Assembly: GCA_041600715.1 (NCBI GenBank)
Contig: JBFIJM010000001.1
Span: 387 to 64,386, forward strand
DNA length: 64,000 bases
Reading direction: 5' to 3'
Source of the DNA: Candidatus Saccharimonadales bacterium
GTDB lineage: Bacteria > Patescibacteriota > Saccharimonadia > Saccharimonadales > 2-12-FULL-41-12
Part shown: positions 18,019 to 26,908 of the stretch, one piece after another
Layout: each line of letters opens with the position of its first letter
How positions within the stretch are numbered: the stretch's first letter is position 1
The notes under the pieces: model-generated
What the model was told of the DNA's origin: nothing
Databases searched by the model: none
What the model saw: the letters and a program-made list of their open reading frames with translations, nothing else
Position numbers and translations under genes: made by a program

Positions 18019-19329
18019 ATGCCTCAGGTTTCACCGGCTATAGAAACATTTGCACGTATTAAAGTTGTTGGCGTGGGCGGCGCTGGTGGTGCAGCCATTA
18101 ATCGCATGGTAGAAGCAGGCGTAGAGGGTGTAGAATTCATTGCAGTCAACACCGACGCCCAAGCGCTTCATCATTCTAAAGCAACTACTAAAATTCATAT
18201 CGGTCACGAATCTACTCGCGGACTCGGCGCGGGTGCTGATCCAAGCGTTGGTCAGCAAGCAGCAGAAGAGTCGTATGATGACATAAAAGCTGCCTTAGAG
18301 GGCGCAGACATGGTATTTATTACTATAGGCGCTGGTGGTGGCACAGGAAGTGGCGCTGGTCATATAGTAGCTAAGATAGCGCAAGACCTAAACTCTTTAG
18401 TTGTTGGTTTTGCAACTCGCCCCTTCGCGTTCGAAGGCGAGAAAAGAAAAGCTAATGCCGAAATAGCAATTTTAAACTTACGACACTGCGTGGATACGCT
18501 TATTATTGTTCCAAACGACAGATTGCTACAAACAATCGATCGTTCAACCCCGATCATGCAAGCCTTCAAGGTAGCAGACGATGTACTGCGCCAAGGGGTT
18601 CAAGGAATATCAGATCTTATTACAGTTCACGGTCTTATTAACTTGGACTTTGCAGATGTTAAGGCTGTCATGAGTAAAGCTGGTTCAGCGCTTATGGGTA
18701 TTGGCCGAGCGTCAGGAGATAACCGGGCAGTAGAGGCAGCTCAACAAGCAGTAGAATCTCCACTACTAGAAGTTTCAATTGATGGAGCAAGAGGCATCCT
18801 CTTTAACGTTATTGGCGGAAATGATATGTCTATGCACGAAATTAATACGGTTGCCGAAACAATCACAGCTTCTGCTGATCGTGATGCTAACATTATTTTT
18901 GGAGCTACCATCAACCCAGAATTAGACGGTGAGTTGATAGTAACTGTTGTAGCCACTGGGTTTGATGAATCATATTTTGCAAAAGGTAGTACAGGTAGTT
19001 CAGACACTGTCGTTAGTTCTTATACTCCACCCCGAAAAGAAGAACCAGCAACTACCTCTCAGGATGTTCCAGACGACATTAATATGGACCTGGACGAAAC
19101 AAAAGGCAAAGATGTATCCGATGATTTTCATGGCGAAAACAAAGTTCCTAATATCTGGTCACACATTGATTCCGAAGACGAGAAAGATAGCGGAACAGAT
19201 GCCGACAACGACACTGATAATAAGAGCACAAAAAATGTATACAACGACGAAGAGCTTGATAAGCCCTCATTTTTACGTCGGTTAACCCGCCGTAGTACAG
19301 ATAAAAAAGACGCCGAAGACGATAATTAA
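18019..19329 (+). CDS. ftsZ: Cell division GTPase FtsZ with long acidic C-terminal linker
   Basis: GVGGAGGAAINRM, GGGTGSGAG (tubulin signature), NDRLL, and the C-terminal peptide DKPSFLRRL. GAAGGAG SD. Confidence 0.97.
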   Translation: MPQVSPAIETFARIKVVGVGGAGGAAINRMVEAGVEGVEFIAVNTDAQALHHSKATTKIHIGHESTRGLGAGADPSVGQQAAEESYDDIKAALEGADMVFITIGAGGGTGSGAGHIVAKIAQDLNSLVVGFATRPFAFEGEKRKANAEIAILNLRHCVDTLIIVPNDRLLQTIDRSTPIMQAFKVADDVLRQGVQGISDLITVHGLINLDFADVKAVMSKAGSALMGIGRASGDNRAVEAAQQAVESPLLEVSIDGARGILFNVIGGNDMSMHEINTVAETITASADRDANIIFGATINPELDGELIVTVVATGFDESYFAKGSTGSSDTVVSSYTPPRKEEPATTSQDVPDDINMDLDETKGKDVSDDFHGENKVPNIWSHIDSEDEKDSGTDADNDTDNKSTKNVYNDEELDKPSFLRRLTRRSTDKKDAEDDN

Positions 19330-19358
19330 CTTACTGTAATTAATACAGCGGAAAATGC

Positions 19359-19387
19359 TTGCATTACGCTAGCTATGGGGCTATGAT
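19359..19387 (+). promoter_or_regulatory. Promoter of nrdR
   Basis: TTGCAT (19359-19364), 17-nt spacer, TATGAT (19382-19387). Confidence 0.5.
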
Positions 19388-19396
19388 CAATAGTAT

Positions 19397-19426
19397 ACAC
19401 GCTATATGTAGTAAAAAAGTATAGCG
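19397..19426 (+). promoter_or_regulatory. Candidate NrdR operator at the nrdR transcription start
   Basis: ACACGCTATATGTAGT resembles the 16-bp NrdR box (acaCwAtATaTwGtgt) in about 11 of 16 positions. Inverted repeat CGCTATA-N13-TATAGCG. Confidence 0.3.
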
Positions 19427-19471
19427 ATCGTACGTTGAAATTGAATAACTAAGGTGTGCAAGGAGGACGTA

Positions 19472-19945
19472 TTGAATTGCAATCGTTGCCATGCAGCCGA
19501 TACAAAGGTAATTGAGTCCCGCGAGGTGACAAACGGCAAAGCTATCCGCAGACGAAGAGTCTGCAGTAGCTGTCAGTACCGGTTTACAACCTACGAGCGA
19601 ATTGAACAGCCTCAGCTTATTGTTATAAAGAACAACAACGTTAGAGAGCTCTTCAATAGGGAAAAGTTAATTGCTGGTCTGTATCGAGCATGCGAAAAAA
19701 CACCCGTCACAAGTCTGCAGTTAGAACAACTTGTGTCTGACGTAGAGCAACAGCTTTACGAATGTGGTGAGAATGAAGTTCCTTCAACCAAAATCGGTGA
19801 GCTTGTCATGGACAATCTTTCCGCACTGGATGAAGTTGCATATGTACGTTTCGCAAGTGTCTATCGTCGATTCAAAGATATCGCTAGCTTTGAACGAGAG
19901 TTATCAGACATACGTAAACGTAAACGAGAGCTTATCGAAACGTAG
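19472..19945 (+). CDS. nrdR: Transcriptional repressor NrdR
   Basis: Zinc ribbon CNRC...CSSC followed by an ATP-cone. TTG at 19472 sits 5 nt after AGGAGG (19461-19466) and gives the canonical M.C..C N-terminus. The track GTG at 19454 is an extension. Confidence 0.9.
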   Translation: MNCNRCHAADTKVIESREVTNGKAIRRRRVCSSCQYRFTTYERIEQPQLIVIKNNNVRELFNREKLIAGLYRACEKTPVTSLQLEQLVSDVEQQLYECGENEVPSTKIGELVMDNLSALDEVAYVRFASVYRRFKDIASFERELSDIRKRKRELIET

Positions 19946-20015
19946 GCAATCTACGAGAAATTTCGATAGTTTTCCTCAACATTCAAATCAGGTGAATGGT
20001 GCGGAGAGCTGAATT

Positions 20016-20044
20016 ACATCTATATCCTAGAGACGTATAGATGT
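20016..20044 (+). promoter_or_regulatory. Inverted repeat upstream of the nrdJ promoter (candidate NrdR operator)
   Basis: ACATCTATA-N11-TATAGATGT. It ends about 4 nt before a TGACTC/18 nt/TATAAT (20072-20077) promoter and shares the CTATA..TATAG core with 19400-19426. Confidence 0.3.
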
Positions 20045-20095
20045 GAATGACTCTAACAAAAACCTAAAAAATATAATCTAAAAAGTGAGGGTATT

Positions 20096-22861
20096 ATGGG
20101 ACAAGCTACTAACTTAAGCGTAAGTAGGCTCTTTACTGAGCCGAAGACAAAAGGCTATGACAGCCTAAATTGGGTGTCGACTGATTCGGTCATTGCAAAC
20201 CCGATGACAGGTAAGAATGTGTTTGAGCAACGAGGCGTGGAATTTCCAGATTCGTGGTCTCAGAATGCGATTAATATCGTGGCACAAAAGTACTTTACCG
20301 GTACTCCTGGCACAAAAGAACGCGAAAGCTCGTTAAAAGACCTTATTAATAGGGTAGTAGACACCATAACTCGTCAAGGAATTCAGGAGAATTACTTTGA
20401 TAGCGAAAAAGAAGCTGAAGATTTTAAGGAAGAATTAAAGTACATTCTTGCGACTCAGCGTGCCGCATTTAATTCACCAGTTTGGTTTAACATAGGCGCA
20501 CCAGACCGAGCCCAGCAGGCAAGTGCATGCTTTATCTTAGGTATCGAAGACACTATGCCAGCAATCCTTAACTGGTATAAAGAAGAGGGGATGGTATTTA
20601 AGGGTGGTTCAGGCGCTGGGATTAATCTGAGCGTTATTCGTTCTTCCGTGGAATCACTAGGTAAAAGTGCCGGAACAGCTTCTGGACCTCTGAGTTTTAT
20701 GCGCGGTGCTGATGCTTCTGCTGGCGCGATCAAAAGTGGCGGAAAAACTCGTAGAGCAGCGAAGATGGTTATTCTTAACGCAGACCATCCCGACATAGAA
20801 GAATTTATTTGGTGCAAATCTCGAGAAGAAGAAAAAGCTCGCGTACTTCAGGCTAATGGCTTTGATATGAGTCTCGACGGCAAAGACATTCATTCTGTTC
20901 AATACCAGAACGCCAATAACTCGGTGCGTGTTACTGATGAGTTCATGCAGGCTGTAGAAGATGACGCAGACTGGGAGCTTAAGGCAGTGAAAGACGGCAA
21001 GACTGTGCGTACAGTTCGTGCCCGCGAATTATTCAGGCAGTTTGCAGACGCAGCATGGCGTTGTGCTGACCCAGGTATGCAATTCGACACTACAATCAAC
21101 CATTGGCACACAACCCCGAACGCAGGTAGGATCAATGGCTCAAACCCTTGTAGTGAGTATATGCACTTAGATAACTCTGCGTGTAATCTTGCCTCAATTA
21201 ATCTTCTTAAATATCTTAATGATGACGCAAGCTTCGATGTAGAAGGCTTTAAACACACAGTAGAAATGATTTTCACAGCTCAAGAAATTTTAGTTGGTTA
21301 TTCAGAATATCCAACAGAAAGCATTGGCAAGAACGCACGTGCTTATCGTGAGCTTGGACTTGGATATGCTAACTTGGGCGCGTTACTTATGGCTCAAGGT
21401 TTGCCTTATGATTCAGAAGAAGGTCGTGCGCAAGCTGCAGCTATTACAGCAATCATGACCGGACATGCTTATGCTACTAGTGCAAAAATTGCTCGCAAGA
21501 TAGGACCATTTGCTGGTTTCCATAAAGATCGAGAAGGTATGATTCGCGTGCTTAAGCAACACCGAGAAGCGGTAGACTCTATTAATCCATCGCTAGTATC
21601 CGAGAAGTTACTTAGTGCTGCTACTACTGCGTGGGACGACGCGGTAGAGCTGTCAGAGCTTTATGGTGTGCGAAACTCCCAGGCTTCAGTGCTCGCTCCA
21701 ACAGGAACGATCGGCCTTATGATGGACTGTGATACAACAGGTATTGAACCAGATCTTGGTCTTGTTAAGGTCAAGAAGCTTGTGGGCGGTGGAACGATGC
21801 ATATCGTTAACCAAACTGTCCCTCGCGCCCTAAAGGCTTTAGGTTATGACGCTCAGCAGATAGCTAAAATTGTAGAGTATATAGATATCGAAAAGACAAT
21901 TCTTGGTGCTCCAGCACTTAAGAAAGAACATGAGAATGTCTTTGCTTGTTCTATGGGCGACAACTCAATTCATTATCTAGGTCACGTGAAGATGATGTCA
22001 GCGGTGCAACCGTTCCTTTCTGGAGCGATAAGCAAAACCGTGAATATGCCAGAAGAAGCAACTATAGAAGATGTAGAAAAACTACATATCGACGCTTGGA
22101 AGATGGGCCTAAAAGCCGTAGCAATCTACCGCGACAACTGCAAGGTAGCTCAGCCTTTATCTATGGCTAAAAAAGAAGGCGCACAAGAGGCCAAGGAAAC
22201 ACCTGTTGATTCTGTTAACAATCAATATATTGTTAGGGGTGTGGTCCGCCGAGAGATGCCTAAATTCCGGAATGCTAAAACGTTCTCATTCGAGGTAGCA
22301 GGCAGTAAGGGTTACGTAACAGTTGGCGAATTTGAAGATGGCACTCCAGGTGAAGTATTTATGAAGATCGCTAAGCAAGGCTCTACCTTAGGTGGCGTAA
22401 TGGAAGCCTTGGCAGTATCTGTAAGTTATGGCTTGCAGTACGGTGTGCCTCTAAAGAGCTATGTTCACGCACTTACAAGCATGACATTTGCACCGTCAGG
22501 TATTACGGATGACGCAGAAATCCGTACGGCCACATCACTTGTCGACTATATCTTTAAGCGACTAGCTCTTAATTATCTATCATTTGATGATCTCTTAGAG
22601 TTGGGACTCGCGTCAATCGAGGATATGCCCGAAGCTCAGACTAGTTTACTAGTTGAAGCTCCGATAAAGAACGAGCCGATTCAGGCAGACACCGTGGCAG
22701 AAGCTCCAAAGCCTGTGGAGCAAAAGCCAGCAGAAACCTCTCGTCCTAAGGCAAAAAAAGACGATACGGCTCCAATGTGCTTTAACTGCGGTAATCAGAC
22801 ACAGCGTTCTGGTAGCTGTTATGTCTGCACATCGTGTGGTTCCACTACCGGCTGCAGCTAG
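20096..22861 (+). CDS. nrdJ: Ribonucleotide reductase, class II (adenosylcobalamin-dependent)
   Basis: Monomeric or dimeric class II architecture: ..NPCSEY.. active-site loop, SACNLASINL, APTGTIG, and a C-terminal CFNCG...CYVCTSCG zinc tail. Adjacent to nrdR. Confidence 0.9.
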   Translation: MGQATNLSVSRLFTEPKTKGYDSLNWVSTDSVIANPMTGKNVFEQRGVEFPDSWSQNAINIVAQKYFTGTPGTKERESSLKDLINRVVDTITRQGIQENYFDSEKEAEDFKEELKYILATQRAAFNSPVWFNIGAPDRAQQASACFILGIEDTMPAILNWYKEEGMVFKGGSGAGINLSVIRSSVESLGKSAGTASGPLSFMRGADASAGAIKSGGKTRRAAKMVILNADHPDIEEFIWCKSREEEKARVLQANGFDMSLDGKDIHSVQYQNANNSVRVTDEFMQAVEDDADWELKAVKDGKTVRTVRARELFRQFADAAWRCADPGMQFDTTINHWHTTPNAGRINGSNPCSEYMHLDNSACNLASINLLKYLNDDASFDVEGFKHTVEMIFTAQEILVGYSEYPTESIGKNARAYRELGLGYANLGALLMAQGLPYDSEEGRAQAAAITAIMTGHAYATSAKIARKIGPFAGFHKDREGMIRVLKQHREAVDSINPSLVSEKLLSAATTAWDDAVELSELYGVRNSQASVLAPTGTIGLMMDCDTTGIEPDLGLVKVKKLVGGGTMHIVNQTVPRALKALGYDAQQIAKIVEYIDIEKTILGAPALKKEHENVFACSMGDNSIHYLGHVKMMSAVQPFLSGAISKTVNMPEEATIEDVEKLHIDAWKMGLKAVAIYRDNCKVAQPLSMAKKEGAQEAKETPVDSVNNQYIVRGVVRREMPKFRNAKTFSFEVAGSKGYVTVGEFEDGTPGEVFMKIAKQGSTLGGVMEALAVSVSYGLQYGVPLKSYVHALTSMTFAPSGITDDAEIRTATSLVDYIFKRLALNYLSFDDLLELGLASIEDMPEAQTSLLVEAPIKNEPIQADTVAEAPKPVEQKPAETSRPKAKKDDTAPMCFNCGNQTQRSGSCYVCTSCGSTTGCS

Positions 22862-22875
22862 AAATCCACGCACAG

Positions 22876-22920
22876 CCCGGTCTGAACTCTGGCAAAGCCA
22901 GAAGTTCTGCCGGGATTTTG
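22876..22920 (+). terminator. Rho-independent terminator of nrdJ
   Basis: About 15-bp imperfect hairpin CCCGGtCtGAACTCTGG-caaag-CCAGAaGTTCtGCCGGG, followed by ATTTTG..TATTTTG. Confidence 0.7.
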
Positions 22921-23107
22921 GTGTATTTTGAATTTTTTATCTGCAGTGCTCAGGCGCGGTACCGTATGTACCGCTTCTTGCGCGCTTCGCTAAGAAAATC
23001 CAAACTACACTCAAGCGTGGACTTCTAGCTCGTCTCGGGAGCTTGAGGCTCAACTAATTCTTATTTCCTAATTCCCAGTTCCTATGAATTCCTATATACT
23101 AGTTCTT

Positions 23108-23422
23108 ATGAAAGTGGTGGTGCTTTATAGGCCAAACTCAGAGCACGGAAGAACGGTAGAATCATATGTCCGGGATCTAGAACGTGCTCATTACGGATGC
23201 AAGGTAGAAATGGTGAGTTTAGACACTAGAGATGGTGCGTCTACTGCCAGCCTTTATGACGTTATGCAATATCCAGCAATCCTTGCCTTGCAAGATAATG
23301 GACAACTACTAAAGAACTGGCAGGGTGAAAACCTGCCACTTATGAATGAAGTAGCCTACTATGCCAGTGGTGTTGGCAGTGGTATAATAGGCAATAGAAG
23401 CGCTTTGTCGGTCTTTGGCTAG
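23108..23422 (+). CDS. Hypothetical small protein (thioredoxin-fold-like, no CxxC)
   Basis: The ATG at 23108 lies 7 nt after TATACT (23095-23100). The beta-alpha-beta-like start MKVVVLYRP is only a weak resemblance. Confidence 0.45.
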   Translation: MKVVVLYRPNSEHGRTVESYVRDLERAHYGCKVEMVSLDTRDGASTASLYDVMQYPAILALQDNGQLLKNWQGENLPLMNEVAYYASGVGSGIIGNRSALSVFG

Positions 23423-23430
23423 ACAAATAA

Positions 23431-23600
23431 GTGGCTATCAACCACGAATGCCGAGGAAAGAAAAGTAAAATCTTAGTAGACTCCTCCGGGTAAGCCCGTC
23501 ATAGCAGTAAATAAGTGCCGGTAAGAACAAGCTCTTACTCTGGAAACTGGATGGTATCTCCCGAAAGGGATCCAGTAGCTAGAATAAGAGCTTTTTATTT
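23431..23600 (+). promoter_or_regulatory. T-box-like leader (Ile specifier) with antiterminator-type bulged helix and terminator
   Basis: Hairpin GTGG-CTATCAA-CCAC with AUC-A in the loop (23435-23441). CTGGA[TGGTATC]TCCC-GAAA-GGGA-TCCAG (23547-23575). Outer 9-bp helix AAGCTCTTA/TAAGAGCTT (23529-37/23585-93) followed by a T-tract. TGGTATAAT box at 23380-23388. Confidence 0.55.
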
Positions 23601-23616
23601 GGAAAGGAAAGCAAGG

Positions 23617-26475
23617 ATGAAATACCAAAAGGGAACCCGCAGGAGAGCGATCGAGTACGAGAAAGATCTGGTTAAATACTGGAAAGAAAATAAAATATTC
23701 GAAAAATCAATTGAGCAACGTCCGGCTGACAATGCCTTCGTATTTTATGATGGTCCACCGTTTATATCAGGCGCGCCACATCACGGAACACTGCTCTCCA
23801 GTATCGTAAAAGACGCTGTGCCTCGTTATCAAACAATGAAGGGTAAACGGGTAGAGCGTGTTTGGGGTTGGGACTGTCATGGTTTGCCGGCTGAGCGCTT
23901 CACCGAAAAGAAGCTGGGTATTCATTCTAGACAAGAGGTACTGGAGTATGGAATCGAAAAGTACATCAATGCGACTCGCGAGAATATGGTTCAAACTAGC
24001 GGTTTATGGGAAGAGTATGTTGATCGTATTGGTCGATGGGTGGACTTTAAGGGTGCCTACAAAACCATGGATAAAGACTACATGGAGTCCATTTGGTGGG
24101 CTTTCAAAACTCTTTATGAAAAAGGCAAGATCTACGAGGGTGAGAAAGTGCTCATGTACTGTACGCTCGACGGAACGCCGTTATCAAAAGCCGAAGTTAC
24201 TATGGACGCCGGGGCTTATCAGGACGTTACCGACCCAAGTGTTTATATAAAATTCAAACTTCAAGATGGCAGGTATTTGCTTGCTTGGACGACAACCCCT
24301 TGGACATTACCGGCCAACACTGCCGTTGCAGTTAATCGTGATGTAGATTATGTAGAGGTTCAGATTGATGGTCAGTCATTAATCCTTGCTAAAGACCTGG
24401 TCGAAAAAGTTATGACAGATGAGAAGCACCAACCTCTAGACTATAAAGTTGTTAATGAATTTAGGGGAGAAGATCTAGTGGGGCAAACATATGAGCCCCT
24501 TTTTGTGGATAGGGGTGAGAACGCTCACAAAGTTTGGCATGCTGACTACGTTGAGATCGAAGCCGGTACTGGTATTGTGCACTTAGCGCCAATTTACGGC
24601 GAAGAAGACTTTGAGCTTGCAAAACATGAAGGCTTCCCAGCGGTGCATGTTCTAGACCAGAATGGATTTTATACTGAGGGTGAATGGGAGGGTCAAAATG
24701 TTTGGGAGGTTAACAAACCGATAGCTAAAGAGCTGAAAGAGCGGGGTATTGTTTGGAAAATTGAGTATTACAGGCATAGTTACCCTCACTGCCATAGGTG
24801 CGGTACGAAGCTTATGTATCGAGCACACCCAAGTTGGTTTATGGACATCGATAGCCAGCGTGAAAAAATGCTAGAAGGTAACGAATCCATAAATTGGTTC
24901 CCTAAACACTTAAAATACGGCCGATTTGCAAAGACAATTGAACAAGCTCCAGATTGGAATATTTCTCGTGATCGGTTTTGGGCAACGGCAATGCCAGTAT
25001 GGAAAACAGAGTCAGGCAAGACGAGAGTTGTTGGAAGCTACGCCGAATTAAAAGAACTTTCTGGAGTTGAGCTAGAAGACTATCATCGCCCATGGGTAGA
25101 CGATGTAACCTTCGAGATCGACGGGGAGCTGTATACTCGCATAGATAAAGTTATGGACAGTTGGTTTGAGGCTGGATCTATGCCTTTCGCGCAACTCCAT
25201 TATCCGTTCGAAAATAAAGAAAAGTTTGAGGCAAATTTCCCTGGCGATTTCATTGTTGAGTACATCGCTCAAACAAGAGCGTGGTTCTACTATATGCATG
25301 CTGTCAATATTGCTTTGTTTGACACGTTCTCTTTTAAGAACGTAATTACTACAGGTACACTTGCCGGGAATGACGGTCGTAAGATGAGTAAAAGTCTTAA
25401 TAATTTTACTGATCCAAATGAACTAATGGACAAGTACTCGGCCGATGCTGAGAGGTTTTTGCTACTCTCTTGCCCAGTCTTAAATGGTGAGGACTATTCA
25501 TTGCAAGACAAGGAAGTTGGTGACGTTGCTCGTAAACTCTCCATGATATGGAACATGTACGACTTCTTCACGATGTATGCCGAAGTAGATGGCTGGGAGT
25601 TTACTGGTGATTTATCAGATCCATCTGAGAAGCTTACAAACCTTTTGGATATATGGATAGTTAGCAGGGTTCATCAACTGACAGGTCACATTGAAAAATA
25701 CATGGACGTGTATGATATACCGAATGCCCTAGAGCCAGTTTTGCCGTTCCTGGACGATGCGAGTAACTGGTACGTTAGAAGAAGCCGTCGGCGATTTTGG
25801 AAGTCAGAAGATGATGGTGACAAGAATGATGCATATAAGACTCTCCACTACGTATTAGTGAGACTTTCGCTTGTACTAGCCCCATTTACGCCATTCTTAG
25901 CAGAGGAGCTTTACAGGAAGCTTACAAACGGCGAGTCAGTACACTTAAATAACTGGCCAGAAATAGGCGCGATAGACGATCAACTGGTAGACCGAATGAG
26001 CGCAGTGCGTAATGTTGTGACAACTGGTCTTGCATGGAGAGCAAAACAAAACCTTAAAGTGAGACAGCCTCTTAGTTCGGTTTTTGTTCAACCGGAAGTT
26101 TTTGATCTTGTTAGTAGTTTTGAAGAGATAGTTTTAGAAGAATTAAACGTTAAGAGACTCGAGCAAGACTCTTCTTTGCCCGATGATCAAGTTGTTTTGG
26201 ACGCTGTGATTACAAAAGAGCTTAAAGCTGAGGGTTATATGCGTGAGATTGTGCGACATATTCAAAATGCCCGAAAAGAGGCTGGGCTGGAAGTAGATGA
26301 CAGAATAATAGTCTCGCTCGAATCGAACCACCCTGAACTTGCCGAGGCAATCATAACACACCTATCTGTTATCCACTCAGAAACGCTTGGTACCGCCGGG
26401 AAAGTTGTAAATGGTCATAGCGTAGTGGCTGTTGTAGACGGACAGGAACTTAAGATTGGTCTTGAGAAGGCTTAG
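23617..26475 (+). CDS. ileS: Isoleucyl-tRNA synthetase, type 2 (eukaryote-like)
   Basis: PPFISGAPHHGTLL (HIGH region of type-2 style), KMSKS, and the CP1 editing region. The ATG at 23617 follows GGAAAGGAAAGCAAGG. The track GTG at 23515 runs through the leader RNA. Confidence 0.93.
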   Translation: MKYQKGTRRRAIEYEKDLVKYWKENKIFEKSIEQRPADNAFVFYDGPPFISGAPHHGTLLSSIVKDAVPRYQTMKGKRVERVWGWDCHGLPAERFTEKKLGIHSRQEVLEYGIEKYINATRENMVQTSGLWEEYVDRIGRWVDFKGAYKTMDKDYMESIWWAFKTLYEKGKIYEGEKVLMYCTLDGTPLSKAEVTMDAGAYQDVTDPSVYIKFKLQDGRYLLAWTTTPWTLPANTAVAVNRDVDYVEVQIDGQSLILAKDLVEKVMTDEKHQPLDYKVVNEFRGEDLVGQTYEPLFVDRGENAHKVWHADYVEIEAGTGIVHLAPIYGEEDFELAKHEGFPAVHVLDQNGFYTEGEWEGQNVWEVNKPIAKELKERGIVWKIEYYRHSYPHCHRCGTKLMYRAHPSWFMDIDSQREKMLEGNESINWFPKHLKYGRFAKTIEQAPDWNISRDRFWATAMPVWKTESGKTRVVGSYAELKELSGVELEDYHRPWVDDVTFEIDGELYTRIDKVMDSWFEAGSMPFAQLHYPFENKEKFEANFPGDFIVEYIAQTRAWFYYMHAVNIALFDTFSFKNVITTGTLAGNDGRKMSKSLNNFTDPNELMDKYSADAERFLLLSCPVLNGEDYSLQDKEVGDVARKLSMIWNMYDFFTMYAEVDGWEFTGDLSDPSEKLTNLLDIWIVSRVHQLTGHIEKYMDVYDIPNALEPVLPFLDDASNWYVRRSRRRFWKSEDDGDKNDAYKTLHYVLVRLSLVLAPFTPFLAEELYRKLTNGESVHLNNWPEIGAIDDQLVDRMSAVRNVVTTGLAWRAKQNLKVRQPLSSVFVQPEVFDLVSSFEEIVLEELNVKRLEQDSSLPDDQVVLDAVITKELKAEGYMREIVRHIQNARKEAGLEVDDRIIVSLESNHPELAEAIITHLSVIHSETLGTAGKVVNGHSVVAVVDGQELKIGLEKA

Positions 26476-26499
26476 CAGTCTGTAGGGTTTACAGACTGC
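26475..26499 (+). terminator. Hairpin immediately after ileS
   Basis: GCAGTCTGTA-gggtt-TACAGACTGC, a perfect 10-bp stem with no clear U-tract. Confidence 0.45.
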
Positions 26500-26575
26500 T
26501 CCTAATCTGTTAATATCAACTAAGTCTATATAAAAATCTAGTATGTCATAATATGGCAACAACGTAAGGAATATA

Positions 26576-26884
26576 ATGAAAAAAGCAGTTATCGCCACCG
26601 GCGGAAAGCAGTATCTTGTCTCAGAAGGTGAAACTATCAAGGTTGAGCTCATTAAAGATGCAAAGTCTAAAATTAGTTTTGACGCACTTCTGGTTATCGA
26701 CGGTGAAAAAGCTACTGTTGGAACCCCGTTAGTTAAAGATATTAAAGTGAATACCACTGTTATTGATGAAAACTCACAACAAGACAAGGTTACGTCTATT
26801 CGCTACAAGGCGAAGAAGCGTGTTCGAACTGTGCGAGGCCACAGACAGCGGTTAATGACACTCAAAGTCGATACTATAAAGTAA
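26576..26884 (+). CDS. rplU: 50S ribosomal protein L21
   Basis: MKKAVIATGGKQYLVSEGETIKVE... and ..KKRVRTVRGHRQ, typical of L21. Confidence 0.93.
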   Translation: MKKAVIATGGKQYLVSEGETIKVELIKDAKSKISFDALLVIDGEKATVGTPLVKDIKVNTTVIDENSQQDKVTSIRYKAKKRVRTVRGHRQRLMTLKVDTIK

Positions 26885-26908
26885 GTATTTCTAATCAGTG
26901 CGAATACT

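Noticed and set aside
19946-20095. Cobalamin riboswitch upstream of the B12-dependent nrdJ
   Set aside because: The spacer is only 150 nt. I could not see the conserved B12-box core (GCCACTG-like) or the expected multi-stem architecture. The inverted repeat there fits an NrdR-type operator better.
22834-23028. 64-aa ORF downstream of nrdJ
   Set aside because: It starts inside the nrdJ coding end and reads straight across the nrdJ terminator hairpin and T-tracts. It has no SD or promoter, and its composition is atypical.
23515-23616. GTG-initiated 34-codon N-terminal extension of ileS given in the ORF track
   Set aside because: It would translate through the T-box-like bulged helix and the terminator hairpin. 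IleRS similarity begins at the ATG at 23617, which is preceded by a purine-rich GGAAAGGAAAGCAAGG tract.
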